A stretch of DNA of 64,000 nt from Roseovarius sp. Its GTDB lineage: Bacteria > Pseudomonadota > Alphaproteobacteria > Rhodobacterales > Rhodobacteraceae. The stretch covers positions 13,441 through 77,440 of the forward strand of contig JARGOC010000010.1 of assembly GCA_029212365.1 (NCBI GenBank). Reading direction: 5' to 3'. The notes under the pieces were generated by a model. That model was not told the DNA's origin. It made no database searches and saw only the letters and a list, made by a program, of their open reading frames with translations. The position numbers and the translations under genes were made by a program. Positions 18,325-29,214 of the stretch are shown here, piece after piece; position 1 is the first letter of the stretch; each line of letters opens with the position of its first letter.

Positions 18325-20425
18325 ACTGGCCGAAAAAGAACTGCGTGGCAAACCGCTGAGCGACCTGAACTGGCGGACCCTGGAGGACATCGAGGTCAAG
18401 CCGCTGTATACCCAGGCCGATCTGGAGGGGTTGAGCCACCTGGATAGCACCCCCGGTGCCGAGCCATTTACGCGCGGCGTAAAGGCCACGATGTATGCAG
18501 GCCGCCCTTGGACGATCCGCCAATATGCGGGGTTTTCCACCGCCGAGGCATCCAACGCGTTTTACCGACGCAACCTGGCCGCTGGTCAGCAAGGGGTTTC
18601 TGTGGCCTTTGATCTGGCCACCCACCGTGGATACGATAGTGACCACCCGCGCGTTGAAGGCGACGTGGGCAAGGCCGGTGTGGCGATCGATTCGGTTGAG
18701 GATATGAAAATCCTGTTCGATCAAATCCCGTTGGATCAAGTCAGTGTCTCAATGACTATGAACGGCGCGGTGATCCCCATCCTGGCCAGTTTTATCGTTG
18801 CGGGCGAAGAGCAGGGCCATGACCGGGCGCTGCTTTCGGGCACCATTCAGAACGATATTCTGAAGGAATTTATGGTGCGCAACACCTATGTGTATCCGCC
18901 AGAACCGTCGATGCGGATTGTCGCTGATATCATTGAATACACGTCAAATGAGATGCCGAAGTTCAACTCGATCTCAATCTCGGGTTATCACATGCAAGAG
19001 GCTGGGGCGAACCTGGTGCAGGAACTGGCCTTTACCCTGGCCGATGGGCGCGAGTATGTGAAAACAGCCATCGAGCGCGGAATGGATGTGGACAAATTCG
19101 CCGGGCGACTGAGCTTTTTCTTCGCCATTGGGATGAATTTCTTTATGGAGGCGGCCAAATTGCGTGCCGCACGTCTGTTGTGGAGCCGGATCATGACTGA
19201 TCTGGGGGCGCAGAATCCGCGCTCGAAAATGCTGCGAACCCATTGCCAGACATCTGGTGTGAGCCTGCAAGAACAAGATCCCTATAACAACGTTATCCGC
19301 ACCGCCTACGAAGCCATGAGCGCCGTGCTGGGGGGGACGCAAAGCCTGCACACCAATGCGCTGGACGAGGCGATTGCCCTTCCCACAGATTTCAGCGCGC
19401 GAATTGCACGCAATACCCAGTTGATTTTGCAGGAAGAAACCGGCGTGACCAATGTGGTCGACCCGCTGGCAGGCAGTTACTATGTCGAAAGCCTGACCAA
19501 CGAATTGGCCGACGCTGCCTGGAAGATCATCGAAGAAGTCGAAGAAATGGGTGGCATGACCAAGGCCGTGGCCACCGGCATGCCTAAGCTGCGGATCGAA
19601 GAAAGTGCCGCGCGACGCCAAGCGATGATTGACCGCGGGCAAGATGTGGTCGTGGGGGTGAATAAATACCGCAAGGACCACGAAGACCCGATCGACATTC
19701 TTCAGATTGACAATGATGAGGTGCGCGAGGCGCAGATTGCTAAACTGAAACGCATCCGCGAAAGCCGCGATGAGGCGGCGTGCCAGGCTGCTTTGGCTGA
19801 ACTAGAACGATGCGCGAACGAAGGTGGGAACCTTTTGGAAGCGGCCGTCGCAGCTGCGCGCGCGCGCGCCACAGTGGGAGAGATCAGTATGAGCATGGAG
19901 AATGTATTTGGCAGGCACCGGGCAGAAGTGAAAACCCTGGCAGGCGTGTACGGCGCTGCTTATGAGGGCGACGAAGGCTTCGCCGCCATTCAGAAATCAG
20001 TGGAAGATTTCGCCGAAACCGAGGGCCGCCGTCCACGCATGTTGGTGGTTAAGATGGGCCAGGACGGGCATGACCGGGGTGCCAAAGTGATTGCTACGGC
20101 CTTTGCTGACATCGGTTTTGATGTGGATGTGGGGCCGTTGTTCCAAACCCCACAAGAGGCGGCACAGGATGCTGTGGACAATGATGTCCATGTGATTGGC
20201 GTCAGCTCTCAGGCTGCGGGGCACAAAACACTGGCCCCAAAACTTATTCAGGCGCTCAAGGATAAGGATGCGGGCGATATTCTGGTCATTTGCGGCGGGG
20301 TTATTCCGCAACAGGATTACGAGTTCCTGCAAAAGGCCGGAGTGAAAGCGATCTTTGGTCCGGGCACAAATATTCCCGAGGCAGCCCAGGATATCTTGCG
20401 ATTGATCCGCGAGGCCCGCGGCTGA
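18296..20425 (+). CDS. mcm: Methylmalonyl-CoA mutase, single-chain large form (B12-dependent)
   Basis: 709 aa. AAGAGGA upstream of the [30 protein letters not shown] catalytic domain and a C-terminal B12-binding domain ([13 protein letters not shown]). Confidence 0.95.
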   Translation: MESKTDEWRELAEKELRGKPLSDLNWRTLEDIEVKPLYTQADLEGLSHLDSTPGAEPFTRGVKATMYAGRPWTIRQYAGFSTAEASNAFYRRNLAAGQQGVSVAFDLATHRGYDSDHPRVEGDVGKAGVAIDSVEDMKILFDQIPLDQVSVSMTMNGAVIPILASFIVAGEEQGHDRALLSGTIQNDILKEFMVRNTYVYPPEPSMRIVADIIEYTSNEMPKFNSISISGYHMQEAGANLVQELAFTLADGREYVKTAIERGMDVDKFAGRLSFFFAIGMNFFMEAAKLRAARLLWSRIMTDLGAQNPRSKMLRTHCQTSGVSLQEQDPYNNVIRTAYEAMSAVLGGTQSLHTNALDEAIALPTDFSARIARNTQLILQEETGVTNVVDPLAGSYYVESLTNELADAAWKIIEEVEEMGGMTKAVATGMPKLRIEESAARRQAMIDRGQDVVVGVNKYRKDHEDPIDILQIDNDEVREAQIAKLKRIRESRDEAACQAALAELERCANEGGNLLEAAVAAARARATVGEISMSMENVFGRHRAEVKTLAGVYGAAYEGDEGFAAIQKSVEDFAETEGRRPRMLVVKMGQDGHDRGAKVIATAFADIGFDVDVGPLFQTPQEAAQDAVDNDVHVIGVSSQAAGHKTLAPKLIQALKDKDAGDILVICGGVIPQQDYEFLQKAGVKAIFGPGTNIPEAAQDILRLIREARG

Positions 20426-20496
20426 TTTCCCTGTAAAAACAATGGCCTCGGGTGAATGTCCGGGGTCATTTCGACCGGGTGGTTTGGGAGGTTAAA

Positions 20497-20573
<77 letters not shown>

Positions 20574-20724
20574 ATGGGCGCGTGATCTAAGCCAGCCACG
20601 CCCCCCCGTCAAGGCTGAAATGGCCTAAATCCAGATGCTGTCGTGTGGCGTGATCGCCGTTGCCATCTGCGCCGAAAAATCAGACAGTTTGCCAAGCACC
20701 AAAATGGTGCGATATGGGGCATCA

Positions 20725-21228
20725 ATGGGCACACGACAAAGAATAGCAATTGGTATGGCATTGGGCGCATTGTGGTCGGTTGCTCTGTTGTGGGCGGCGG
20801 CACGTTTTGTGCAATTGCCGGTGTTTGCGCTGATACCCACAATCATGACCGCCTATCTGGCTCCCGGCCTGGTGATGGCGTTGATGGTGGGGCGGTTGGC
20901 GCAACGTCGGTTCTTTGATGACACGATCATCGACGGGCAAGCCTTGACCAATGCCGCCGAGATCGACCAGCGCGTATTGCGCAATACCGGCGAACAGCTG
21001 GTGTTGGCCTTATGTGTCTGGCCTGCGGCGGCGGTGATGTTGTCGGGATTGGGTCCGGGGGTGATTTTGTGTCTCGGGCTTGGGCTTGCGGTGGCGCGTT
21101 TGGCGTTTTGGATCGGGTATCATGTTTCGCCGCCATTGCGTGCTTTTGGGTTTGCTGCCAGCTTCTACCCCACGGTGTTGGTGGGGGTATGGGCGATAGG
21201 GCGGCTGGTGATTGTCGGGTATGGATGA
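20725..21228 (+). CDS. MAPEG-family membrane protein (start uncertain)
   Basis: ORF 20635..21228. Hydrophobic four-helix pattern with RRFFDDT...QRVLRNTGEQL, reminiscent of MAPEG. ATGs at 20704 and 20725. Confidence 0.55.
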   Translation: MGTRQRIAIGMALGALWSVALLWAAARFVQLPVFALIPTIMTAYLAPGLVMALMVGRLAQRRFFDDTIIDGQALTNAAEIDQRVLRNTGEQLVLALCVWPAAAVMLSGLGPGVILCLGLGLAVARLAFWIGYHVSPPLRAFGFAASFYPTVLVGVWAIGRLVIVGYG

Positions 21229-21276
21229 CACGGCCAGTACGAGCCAATTGTTGGGCACTCAAACAAGGATAGGCGC

Positions 21277-21891
21277 ATGAAGCTGGAGCTGGATCATATC
21301 GCAATCGCGGCGGCAACTCTGGCGCAAGGAAAGGCGATGGTTGAGGCCGCTTTAGGCGTGCGCTTGCAACCGGGCGGACAACACGCGCATTTTGGCACGC
21401 ATAATATGCTGCTTGGGCTGGAAGATGGGCTGTATCTGGAAGTGATCGCCATTGATCCGGACGCGCCCGCGCTGGAATATCCGAGGTGGTTTGATCTGGA
21501 TCGTTTTCATGGGTCCCCAAAGTTGACCAATTGGATATGTCGCACGGATGATCTGGCCGGCGCGGTGAGGGCGCTGCCTGGGGCAGGTCGACCAGTGGCG
21601 TTGACGCGGGGTGATCTGCGTTGGCAGATGGCCGTGCCGGAAACGGGGATATTGCCCTATGATAACGCGTTTCCGGCGCTGATCGAATGGCAAAGCAGCC
21701 CCCATCCGGCAACGCGGCTTGACGCGACGGGGTGCCGGTTGCATCGGCTGGTTATTTCCCATCCTGAGGCCGAGGCAATGCAGGCAAATTTATCGGGCAT
21801 GTTGAGCGATGCACGGGTGCGTTACGACACAGGCCCAACCGGATTTCGCGCGGAATTTGACACACCAAACGGGCGGCGGGTGCTGGAATGA
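21277..21891 (+). CDS. VOC / glyoxalase-like domain protein
   Basis: 204 aa. MKLELDHIAIAAATLAQG...GTHNMLLGLEDGLYLEVIAIDP is typical of the glyoxalase-like domain family. Confidence 0.75.
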   Translation: MKLELDHIAIAAATLAQGKAMVEAALGVRLQPGGQHAHFGTHNMLLGLEDGLYLEVIAIDPDAPALEYPRWFDLDRFHGSPKLTNWICRTDDLAGAVRALPGAGRPVALTRGDLRWQMAVPETGILPYDNAFPALIEWQSSPHPATRLDATGCRLHRLVISHPEAEAMQANLSGMLSDARVRYDTGPTGFRAEFDTPNGRRVLE

Positions 21892-22376
21892 TTGTTCGTG
21901 CGGTGGCCACGGCTGATATCCCGGCGATTGCTGATATCTGGAATCATAACATCCGGCACACGGTGAACACGTTTACCACCGCCGAGAAAACCCCGGATGG
22001 GCTGGCGCGCGATATTGAAACCCGCACAGCTGAGGGCAAAGGGTTTTGGGTGGCCGAGGATGCAGGGCGCATTCTTGGTTTTGCCACGTATTTTCAGTTT
22101 CGTGGCGGACCGGGATATGCCCATACTGCTGAGCATTCGGTGATGCTGGCCGAGGCGGCAATGGGGCGCGGGGTTGGGCGCACATTGATGGCCGCGCTGG
22201 AGGGGCATGCCCGAGGCGCCGGTATGCGCTCGTTGATCGCGGGGGTGGCGGGGGAAAACACTGCTGGCGTGGCATTTCACACCGCAATTGGGTATAAAAC
22301 CATCGCAGTTTTACCCGAAGTCGGTCGCAAGTTTGAGCGTTGGATGGATTTGATATTGATGCAAAAACTTCTTTGA
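21888..22376 (+). CDS. GNAT N-acetyltransferase (phosphinothricin acetyltransferase-like)
   Basis: 162 aa. The ATG overlaps the upstream stop (ATGA). Acetyl-CoA motif RGVGRTLMAAL. Confidence 0.85.
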   Translation: MIVRAVATADIPAIADIWNHNIRHTVNTFTTAEKTPDGLARDIETRTAEGKGFWVAEDAGRILGFATYFQFRGGPGYAHTAEHSVMLAEAAMGRGVGRTLMAALEGHARGAGMRSLIAGVAGENTAGVAFHTAIGYKTIAVLPEVGRKFERWMDLILMQKLL

Positions 22377-22421
22377 GAGAACGCCCTGACATCCCCCTCT
22401 AAACCCGGTAGTCTGGTCATC

Positions 22422-23099
22422 ATGTCCATCTGGAGCCGCATATCCGAGGCCATAGCCGCACTCACCTCAGGAGAGGGGCTGAGCGCTGTTTTTGATCGGT
22501 TGCGCAGCCCGCCTGAACGCTCTGTTGGCTTTACCATTGCTGTGATCGCCCTAAGCGCCAAAATGGCCAAAGCCGACGGTCTGGTGACGCGCGACGAGGT
22601 AACGGCCTTTCGTGAAGTGTTCCAGATCGCACAGGCCGATGAAGCAGGGGCCGCCAAGGTGTTTAATCTGGCGCGCCAGGACGTGGCCGGATTTGAGGAT
22701 TATGCCACGAGAATTGCTGGTATGTTTGCCGATGATATCAGCGCGCTGGGCGATTTGATGGAAGGGTTGTTCCATATTGCCATGGCTGACGGTGTTTATC
22801 ACCCAAATGAAGACGCGTTTTTGGAACGTGTCGCAGAGATATTTGGCCTGCCTGACGCGGATTTCAAATCGCTGCGCAACCGTTTTGTGCCAGATGCCGC
22901 CCCCGATCCTTATACAGTATTGGGTGTGGCGGCGGACACGCCGATGCACGAGATCCGCCAGGTCTGGCGGCAGATGGTGCGCGACACGCACCCTGACCGG
23001 ATGATGGCCCGCGGTGTGCCCGAAGAGGCGATTAAACTGGCCGAAAAACGCATGGTTGATATCAATCGCGCCTGGGAAGAGATCAACGGAGGCGCGTGA
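22422..23099 (+). CDS. djlA: DjlA-like co-chaperone (TerB-like domain + C-terminal J domain)
   Basis: 225 aa. TerB-type tellurite-resistance-like region followed by a J domain DPYTVLGV...RDTHPDR (HPD motif). Confidence 0.75.
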   Translation: MSIWSRISEAIAALTSGEGLSAVFDRLRSPPERSVGFTIAVIALSAKMAKADGLVTRDEVTAFREVFQIAQADEAGAAKVFNLARQDVAGFEDYATRIAGMFADDISALGDLMEGLFHIAMADGVYHPNEDAFLERVAEIFGLPDADFKSLRNRFVPDAAPDPYTVLGVAADTPMHEIRQVWRQMVRDTHPDRMMARGVPEEAIKLAEKRMVDINRAWEEINGGA

Positions 23100-23100
23100 T

Positions 23101-24144
23101 ATGCGCATTGCCACGTACAATATTGAATGGTTCAACTCCTTGTTTGATGACGAGGGGATGCTGCTGGATGATGAGCAATGGTCGAGCCGTTATGACGTGA
23201 CCCGAGCAGATCAACTGGCGGCGCTGGGCATTGTGTTCACTGCGATGGATGCGGATGCGGTGATGATCATCGAGGCACCCGATACCAATGGCAAACGCTC
23301 GACCATCAAGGCGCTGGAAAACTTTGCGCGCACAATGGGCCTGCGCACAAGCAAGGCGTTGATCGGGTTTGCCAATGAAACCCAGCAAGAGATTGCATTG
23401 CTTTATGACCCTGATGTTCTCAGTGCGCGGCATGATCCGCGCGGGATAGAGACGGGCAAAAAGGGATCACCCGATGCGCCGCGCTTTGACGGGGTGTTTC
23501 GGATTGATCTGGATATTGATGCCTCCGAGGATATGGTCGTCTTCTCCAAGCCACCGCTTGAGGTGGAGCTGACCCCTAAGACTGGCCCACAGGCGGGCAA
23601 GGTGGTGCGCCTGATTGGGGCACATCTGAAATCCAAAGCGCCGCATGGGGCCACCAACCGCGATGAGGTCATGCAGATGGCCATTTCCAACCGGCGCAAG
23701 CAGCAGGCGCAGGCCGTGTGGCTGCGCCGTCGGATTGAGATGCATCTGGCGGCAGGGGAATCGTTGATCGTGATGGGCGATCTCAACGATGGTCCGGGCC
23801 TGGATGAATATGAGGGCCTCTTTGGCCGCTCAGTTGTTGAGATCATTCTGGGGGAGGGCGCACGCGGGGAAACACAGCTTTATGATCCACATGCGCGGCG
23901 GGCTTTGGTGCGCAAAATCGGGGCCATTAACACCACCGCGCGGTTTTATCTGAGCCATGAAAAGCGGTACATGCAGGCCTTGCTGGATTACATTATGGTT
24001 TCGCCGGATTTGCGGCGACTGGCGCCGAAATGGCGCATTCTGCATCCATTTGATGACCCTGATTGCTGGAGCTTGCCTGAGCTATGCACGGCGCTGATTG
24101 CCGCCTCGGATCACTTCCCTGTGGTGCTCGATCTGGATCTGTGA
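23101..24144 (+). CDS. Endonuclease/exonuclease/phosphatase (EEP) family protein
   Basis: Start MRIATYNIEWF (ATG 23101, 1 nt after the djlA stop). DAVMIIEAP...GDLND...SDHFPV motifs of the EEP fold. Confidence 0.75.
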   Translation: MRIATYNIEWFNSLFDDEGMLLDDEQWSSRYDVTRADQLAALGIVFTAMDADAVMIIEAPDTNGKRSTIKALENFARTMGLRTSKALIGFANETQQEIALLYDPDVLSARHDPRGIETGKKGSPDAPRFDGVFRIDLDIDASEDMVVFSKPPLEVELTPKTGPQAGKVVRLIGAHLKSKAPHGATNRDEVMQMAISNRRKQQAQAVWLRRRIEMHLAAGESLIVMGDLNDGPGLDEYEGLFGRSVVEIILGEGARGETQLYDPHARRALVRKIGAINTTARFYLSHEKRYMQALLDYIMVSPDLRRLAPKWRILHPFDDPDCWSLPELCTALIAASDHFPVVLDLDL

Positions 24145-24180
24145 CTTCAAATTGTCATTGGGCCACCCTATATTGCGAGC

Positions 24181-24540
24181 ATGAAGAGATTTGTCATCAC
24201 CACCGGCGCGTTGCTTTTGTCCACTTTGCCGCTTCAGGCGCAAGAGGAGGACGAGGGGTTTTCCCTGATGGAACGCGGGGCGCAGCTGTTCTTTGAGGGC
24301 ATCAGGCGCGAAATGGAACCTGCGCTGGATGACCTGATGGCGCTGGCGGATGATATGGAACCGGTGTTGCGCGATTTCGTGAGCGAAATGGGGCCGGCCT
24401 TCGTGGAGTTGCTTAGCCAGATCGAAGATTTGAGCGCGTATCACCCCCCTGAGATTTTGCCCAATGGCGATATCATCCTGCGCAAGAAGACCCCGGAAGA
24501 GATGCCGGATGAGCCGATTGAGGGCGAGATTGATATCTAG
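24181..24540 (+). CDS. Secreted acidic hypothetical protein (119 aa)
   Basis: Signal peptide MKRFVITTGALLLSTLPLQAQ followed by a strongly acidic mature part. No known domain. Confidence 0.55.
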   Translation: MKRFVITTGALLLSTLPLQAQEEDEGFSLMERGAQLFFEGIRREMEPALDDLMALADDMEPVLRDFVSEMGPAFVELLSQIEDLSAYHPPEILPNGDIILRKKTPEEMPDEPIEGEIDI

Positions 24541-24625
24541 AGCGTATCGCCTTGTTGCTCAGGCAGTCAAATGGCGAGAAACGCTTTAGGTCGCGCGGGT
24601 CTGGTTTGCACCTCGGGCAAACCCC

Positions 24626-26167
24626 CTACTTCGTTTTGACCACAACCGCGGCCTCCAGCGTGTCGGCCAAGGACTGAAACCGCGCTTTGGCGACTTCACC
24701 AAAAAGAGGCGCGGCAACCTTGGTCAGGCGCAGTTCCAGCACGCGTTTTTTGGGATACCAACTCAGATGACCGGGGGCCGCGTTTTTGTCCAGCCACAGC
24801 ATTGCGCCAAACCGCATGGCCTTGCCCAGGACCTCGGCCTGGTGCTGGTCTTTCTCAGAGATAAGCTGACCCACAGTAGCGAACCGCGTGCCGTCACGCC
24901 GATTGGTATAGCGATGTTGCAGGGCCAACCCCAGAAACACCCGTTCAGAGTGCTTTAGCCCCCCCAGATTGGCGCGGGTGGCGTTGTCAAAGCAAACCTC
25001 GGCCCGATAATCGGGATGCGCGCGCCAGCTGACATCGTGCAAAAGGCAGGCGGCTTTGACCATGCGCCGTCGCTCGGGGTTGACGGATTTGAACAGTGGC
25101 TGGATGAAATCATACAGCACTTTGCCAAACCCCGGAACACGGGCGTCCTTAACCTCGGCAAAGCGGCAGCTTTCTATCAGCGGGTCACGATCACGTAGGC
25201 GTTGGGGCATTTGTTCGTACAGCATGCCTTCGCGGATGCCATAGCTGGACACGGCAATATCATGGGGTTTGAACGCCTTTACCACCTCGCGCAGCACCTC
25301 GGCGGCGTGGGGTACAAGGATGATGCGTGCTGCCGATATGCCCGTGAGCGAGCGCAGCGTTTCAAGATCATTTTCAACGATGAATTTGGCCGTGTCGCGC
25401 ACGGCGGCTGCTGTCATGCGGTACTCGTGCAGCACGTTCAGCGGGTAGGCGCGGCGCACCATATCAATCTTGGCGATTGCGCGCCAAGACCCGCCCACCA
25501 GAAAAAGACGGTTCTTCTGTAGGCCCATTTCATCTTTGACGCCATCCAATGTATCGCGGATGAGCGCCTTGCGCGCTTTGCGTCCACCTTTCAGGTCACG
25601 CAGTTTCAGCGGACCCAGATCGGTACTGACGCGGCGGCCCACTTTGCCGTCGTCTATTTCGGCCAGCTCCATGGAAGAGCCGCCTATATCACAGACCAGC
25701 CCATAAGAGCCGGGCCAGCCCAGCAACACGCCCTGAGCCGAGAGGCGGGCCTCTTCGCGCCCCTCAATGACCGAGATGTGAAGGCCGGTTAGCTCTTCGA
25801 CTTCGCGGCAGAATTCCGGGCCGTCTTCGGCCTCACGCACAGCGGCGGTGGCGACAGCTGTCAGCGGGCCAGTGCCCATGCCTTCAGCCAGCAGTTGAAA
25901 GCGCTTGATAGCCGTCAGGGCGCGGGCGCGACCTTCGGGGTTTAGCCGCCCGGTCTGGGCCATGCCGGCCCCCAGGGCACACATGATTTTTTCGTTGTAG
26001 AAATAGGCGGGGCTGCGCGCAGCACCGTCAAATACCACCATCCGAACTGAGTTGGAGCCGACATCAACCACACCAACGCGGCTGAGGGCGCGGGCGGATG
26101 GATCATCAAAAATGGGGCGTCCGAATGGCCCCCAATCGTTGTGTTCCGGGTCGTTTGAGCCGTCCAT
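24626..26167 (-). CDS. ppx: Exopolyphosphatase (Ppx/GppA family)
   Basis: 513 aa. VGVVDVGSNSVRMVVF and DIGGSSMEL ASKHA phosphate-binding motifs. Lies downstream of ppk1. Confidence 0.9.
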   Translation of the reverse strand: MDGSNDPEHNDWGPFGRPIFDDPSARALSRVGVVDVGSNSVRMVVFDGAARSPAYFYNEKIMCALGAGMAQTGRLNPEGRARALTAIKRFQLLAEGMGTGPLTAVATAAVREAEDGPEFCREVEELTGLHISVIEGREEARLSAQGVLLGWPGSYGLVCDIGGSSMELAEIDDGKVGRRVSTDLGPLKLRDLKGGRKARKALIRDTLDGVKDEMGLQKNRLFLVGGSWRAIAKIDMVRRAYPLNVLHEYRMTAAAVRDTAKFIVENDLETLRSLTGISAARIILVPHAAEVLREVVKAFKPHDIAVSSYGIREGMLYEQMPQRLRDRDPLIESCRFAEVKDARVPGFGKVLYDFIQPLFKSVNPERRRMVKAACLLHDVSWRAHPDYRAEVCFDNATRANLGGLKHSERVFLGLALQHRYTNRRDGTRFATVGQLISEKDQHQAEVLGKAMRFGAMLWLDKNAAPGHLSWYPKKRVLELRLTKVAAPLFGEVAKARFQSLADTLEAAVVVKTK

Positions 26168-26327
26168 TGCGCCACCTCAGGATCATGTTTGGTGATTTAT
26201 GCGCCAGCCCGCAGTAAGGGTCAATCGGGCGTTTTGTAACAGTGCGATATGCGTTGCGCCATCTTTGCGGGGCCGACGTGCAGCGGCAGTTTATGCGTGG
26301 CCGATGTGTGCCGCACAGTGGCCAGGC

Positions 26328-28502
26328 TCAGTCCTCGGTATGGGTCAGTTTTGGAACATCCGCCGCCCCGGCAGAACCGCGACCTGATAGCGAAGGGTTT
26401 TCCATAAAGAACCTATGGCAATTGAACGCAAATTCGCCCTCTGGCACCTGCATGCGAGAAAAGCTGCCATCCGGCGCCATGATCCAGCTTTGGGCAACAT
26501 CGGCCATGTTGGCTGCCATAATCTGACTGACGATCTGGGCTTTGACGGTGGTGTTTTCGATCTCAACCAGTGTTTCTATCCGCCGGTTCAGGTTGCGACC
26601 CATCCAATCGGCCGAGCTGATGAATACCCGCGCCTTTTTTGATGGGATCTCGCGCCCGTTGCCGAAACATACAATGCGCGAATGCTCCAGAAACCGCCCG
26701 ACGATGGATTTAACACGAATATTATCGGACAGGCCTTTGATGCCGGGGCGCAATCCGCAAATTCCACGCACCACGAGGCTGATTTTTACGCCCGCCTGAG
26801 AGGCCGCATAAAGGGCGTCGATGATATCGGGTTCAATCAGTGAGTTCATCTTGGCCCAGATCATTGCGGGCGTGCCCTGTTTGGCGTTTTGGGCCTCTTG
26901 ATTGATCATTTCGATCAGGCGTTCTTTCATGTGGTGTGGCGAAATGGTGAGGTTTTCCAGCTTTTCAGGCATGGCGTAGCCGGACAAATAGTTGAACACT
27001 TTGGTGGCATCGCGCCCCAGGGCGGCGTTGCAGGTGAAAAAGCTGAGGTCGGTGTACACTTTGGCCGTGATCGGATGGTAATTGCCGGTGCCATAGTGGG
27101 TGTATGTCACCAGGTTGACCCCCTCGCGGCGCACCACGGTCGAGATTTTGGCGTGAGTTTTCCAATCCATGAAGCCATAAACCACATGGGCGCCAGCGCG
27201 CTCCAACCGGCGGGACTGGCGAATATTCGCGGCTTCGTCAAAGCGGGCTTTCAATTCAACCAGGGCAGTGACGGATTTGCCTTCTTCTGCGGCTTCGCAC
27301 AGGGCGTCCACAATCGGAGAGTTGTATGAGGTCCGATAGAGGGTTTGTTTGATGGCCACCACATCGGGATCACGCGCCGCCTGGTTAAGGAAGCGCACAA
27401 CCATATCAAAGGTTTCATATGGGTGGTGCAGCAACATGTCTTTCTGGCGTATGGCGGCCAACATATCGCCGTCATGGTCCTGCACGCGTTCGGGTACGCG
27501 TGAGGTGAAACTGGGCCAAAGCAGGTCCGGGCGATCGTCAATCACCAGTTCATTCAGGTCGGCAAGGCCCAGAATGCCCTCGACCTCGACCACCTCATCG
27601 GGGGTGACGTGCAATTCGTCCATGATCACCCGGCGCAGGCCCTTGGGCGCATCACTTGAGATTTTCAGGCGCACCACTTCGCCCCGGCGGCGGCGTTTCA
27701 GGGCGACTTCAAATTCACGCACCAGATCTTCGGCTTCTTCTTCGACTTCCAGATCACTGTCGCGCAGCACACGAAAGGTGCAATGACCTTTGTATTTGTA
27801 ACCGGGAAACAGGCTGTCGAGATGCAACAGCAGCAGTTCTTCCAGTGGCAAAAAGCGATGTGTGCCATCGGGGGCGGGCAAAGTGACAAAGCGGTCGATC
27901 ATCGGCGGAATTGGCAACAAGGCCTGTAGCGGGCGTCTGTCTGTCTTACGCTCCAGTTGCAATGCCAACGAATAGCCAAGATTGGGGATAAAGGGAAATG
28001 GGTGCGCCGGATCAATGGCCAGAGGGGATAGTACCGCAAAGACGCGGTTCATGAACACATCTTCGAGATAGGTTTTATCCTCGTCACTCAGATGATCCAG
28101 ATCGAGAATCGACAGCTTCTCGGCCTCCATTTCATGGCGCAGGGCCTGATATGTGGCTTGTTGAGAGGACAGCAGCTTGCGGGCGTCTTCGTTGATCAAG
28201 ACGAGTTGTTCGGCAGGGGTCAGCCCGTCAGCTGCGGGGGTGGTGTTGCCGGCATGGGCCAATTCACGCAGACCCGCGACGCGAACGTTGTAAAACTCAT
28301 CCAGGTTGTTGGCCGAGATTGACAGGAATCGCAGCCGCTCCAGCAACGGCACACGGGGGTTCTGAGCTTCCTCCAAGACACGCCAGTTGAAGCCCAGCCA
28401 GCTGAGTTCACGGTTGAAGAAACGGCCCGGGCCAGTGATGTCCAGATCAGGCATGGCGACGGGGGCCGCCAGATCGGTTGCTAAAAAATCAGTGGTGTTC
28501 AT
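26328..28502 (-). CDS. ppk: Polyphosphate kinase 1
   Basis: 724 aa. FFNRELSWLGFNWRVLEEA N-terminus and two PLD-like HKD regions (THAKIS.., HSRIV..). Confidence 0.95.
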   Translation of the reverse strand: MNTTDFLATDLAAPVAMPDLDITGPGRFFNRELSWLGFNWRVLEEAQNPRVPLLERLRFLSISANNLDEFYNVRVAGLRELAHAGNTTPAADGLTPAEQLVLINEDARKLLSSQQATYQALRHEMEAEKLSILDLDHLSDEDKTYLEDVFMNRVFAVLSPLAIDPAHPFPFIPNLGYSLALQLERKTDRRPLQALLPIPPMIDRFVTLPAPDGTHRFLPLEELLLLHLDSLFPGYKYKGHCTFRVLRDSDLEVEEEAEDLVREFEVALKRRRRGEVVRLKISSDAPKGLRRVIMDELHVTPDEVVEVEGILGLADLNELVIDDRPDLLWPSFTSRVPERVQDHDGDMLAAIRQKDMLLHHPYETFDMVVRFLNQAARDPDVVAIKQTLYRTSYNSPIVDALCEAAEEGKSVTALVELKARFDEAANIRQSRRLERAGAHVVYGFMDWKTHAKISTVVRREGVNLVTYTHYGTGNYHPITAKVYTDLSFFTCNAALGRDATKVFNYLSGYAMPEKLENLTISPHHMKERLIEMINQEAQNAKQGTPAMIWAKMNSLIEPDIIDALYAASQAGVKISLVVRGICGLRPGIKGLSDNIRVKSIVGRFLEHSRIVCFGNGREIPSKKARVFISSADWMGRNLNRRIETLVEIENTTVKAQIVSQIMAANMADVAQSWIMAPDGSFSRMQVPEGEFAFNCHRFFMENPSLSGRGSAGAADVPKLTHTED

Positions 28503-28548
28503 GCGGTGAGTTGTAGCGCAGTTTTATGACAGGACCAAGACGCGTGGC

Positions 28549-29214
28549 TCATCCTTCCAGCAATTCGGCGGCAAGGGCGCGTGTGATGGGGGCACCGCGT
28601 TCCAGTGCTTCGGCATCCAGGCGTTGCACGATCTCTTGGGCGGCAACAAAAGACCGGTCCACCCGGCGCACCAGATAGGGGATCAGATTGGGGGAGGGGC
28701 TAAGTTGGCGATCGGCCATCAGTTTCATCAGGACCGCCCCAAGCAGGGCATCATCTGGTGCATCCAGATCAACCAGCGAGGTGCCTTGCATCCGGCTGGC
28801 CAGATCGGGAAGCTCCAGCCCCCAGCGCACAGGTGGTATGCGTGAGGTGATCAGCAAGGAATGTCCCTCTGCCAGCACGAGGTTATGCAAGTGAAACAGG
28901 GCTTGTTCTGTGGCGGGGTTGCCCGCGATGCTTTGCGCGTTTTCCACCGCAACAGGGGTGCGCGCAAGTGTGGGGATATCGGCCTTTGCCAAAGACGCCG
29001 CTTGAACCACGCTGCCACCTGAAAGCCCGGCCCAGACATGTGCGAGATGGGATTTTCCCGCCCCTTTTGGCCCGGTCAGCATCAGCTTGCGTGAGGGCCA
29101 ATCGGGCCAGGATTCGATCATTGCAACAGCGGCTGCATTGGCGGGAGAGACAAAGAAATCTTCACGCCCCAGCGCCTGACGGGCGGGTAAATCAAAGCTA
29201 AGCTGGCGGGGCAT
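28549..29214 (-). CDS. hdaA: DnaA regulatory inactivator HdaA
   Basis: Real start [12 protein letters not shown] (CAT 29212-29214), Walker A GPKGAGKSHL, about 221 aa. The 368-aa track ORF is an artefactual upstream extension into the perM gene. Confidence 0.85.
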   Translation of the reverse strand: MPRQLSFDLPARQALGREDFFVSPANAAAVAMIESWPDWPSRKLMLTGPKGAGKSHLAHVWAGLSGGSVVQAASLAKADIPTLARTPVAVENAQSIAGNPATEQALFHLHNLVLAEGHSLLITSRIPPVRWGLELPDLASRMQGTSLVDLDAPDDALLGAVLMKLMADRQLSPSPNLIPYLVRRVDRSFVAAQEIVQRLDAEALERGAPITRALAAELLEG

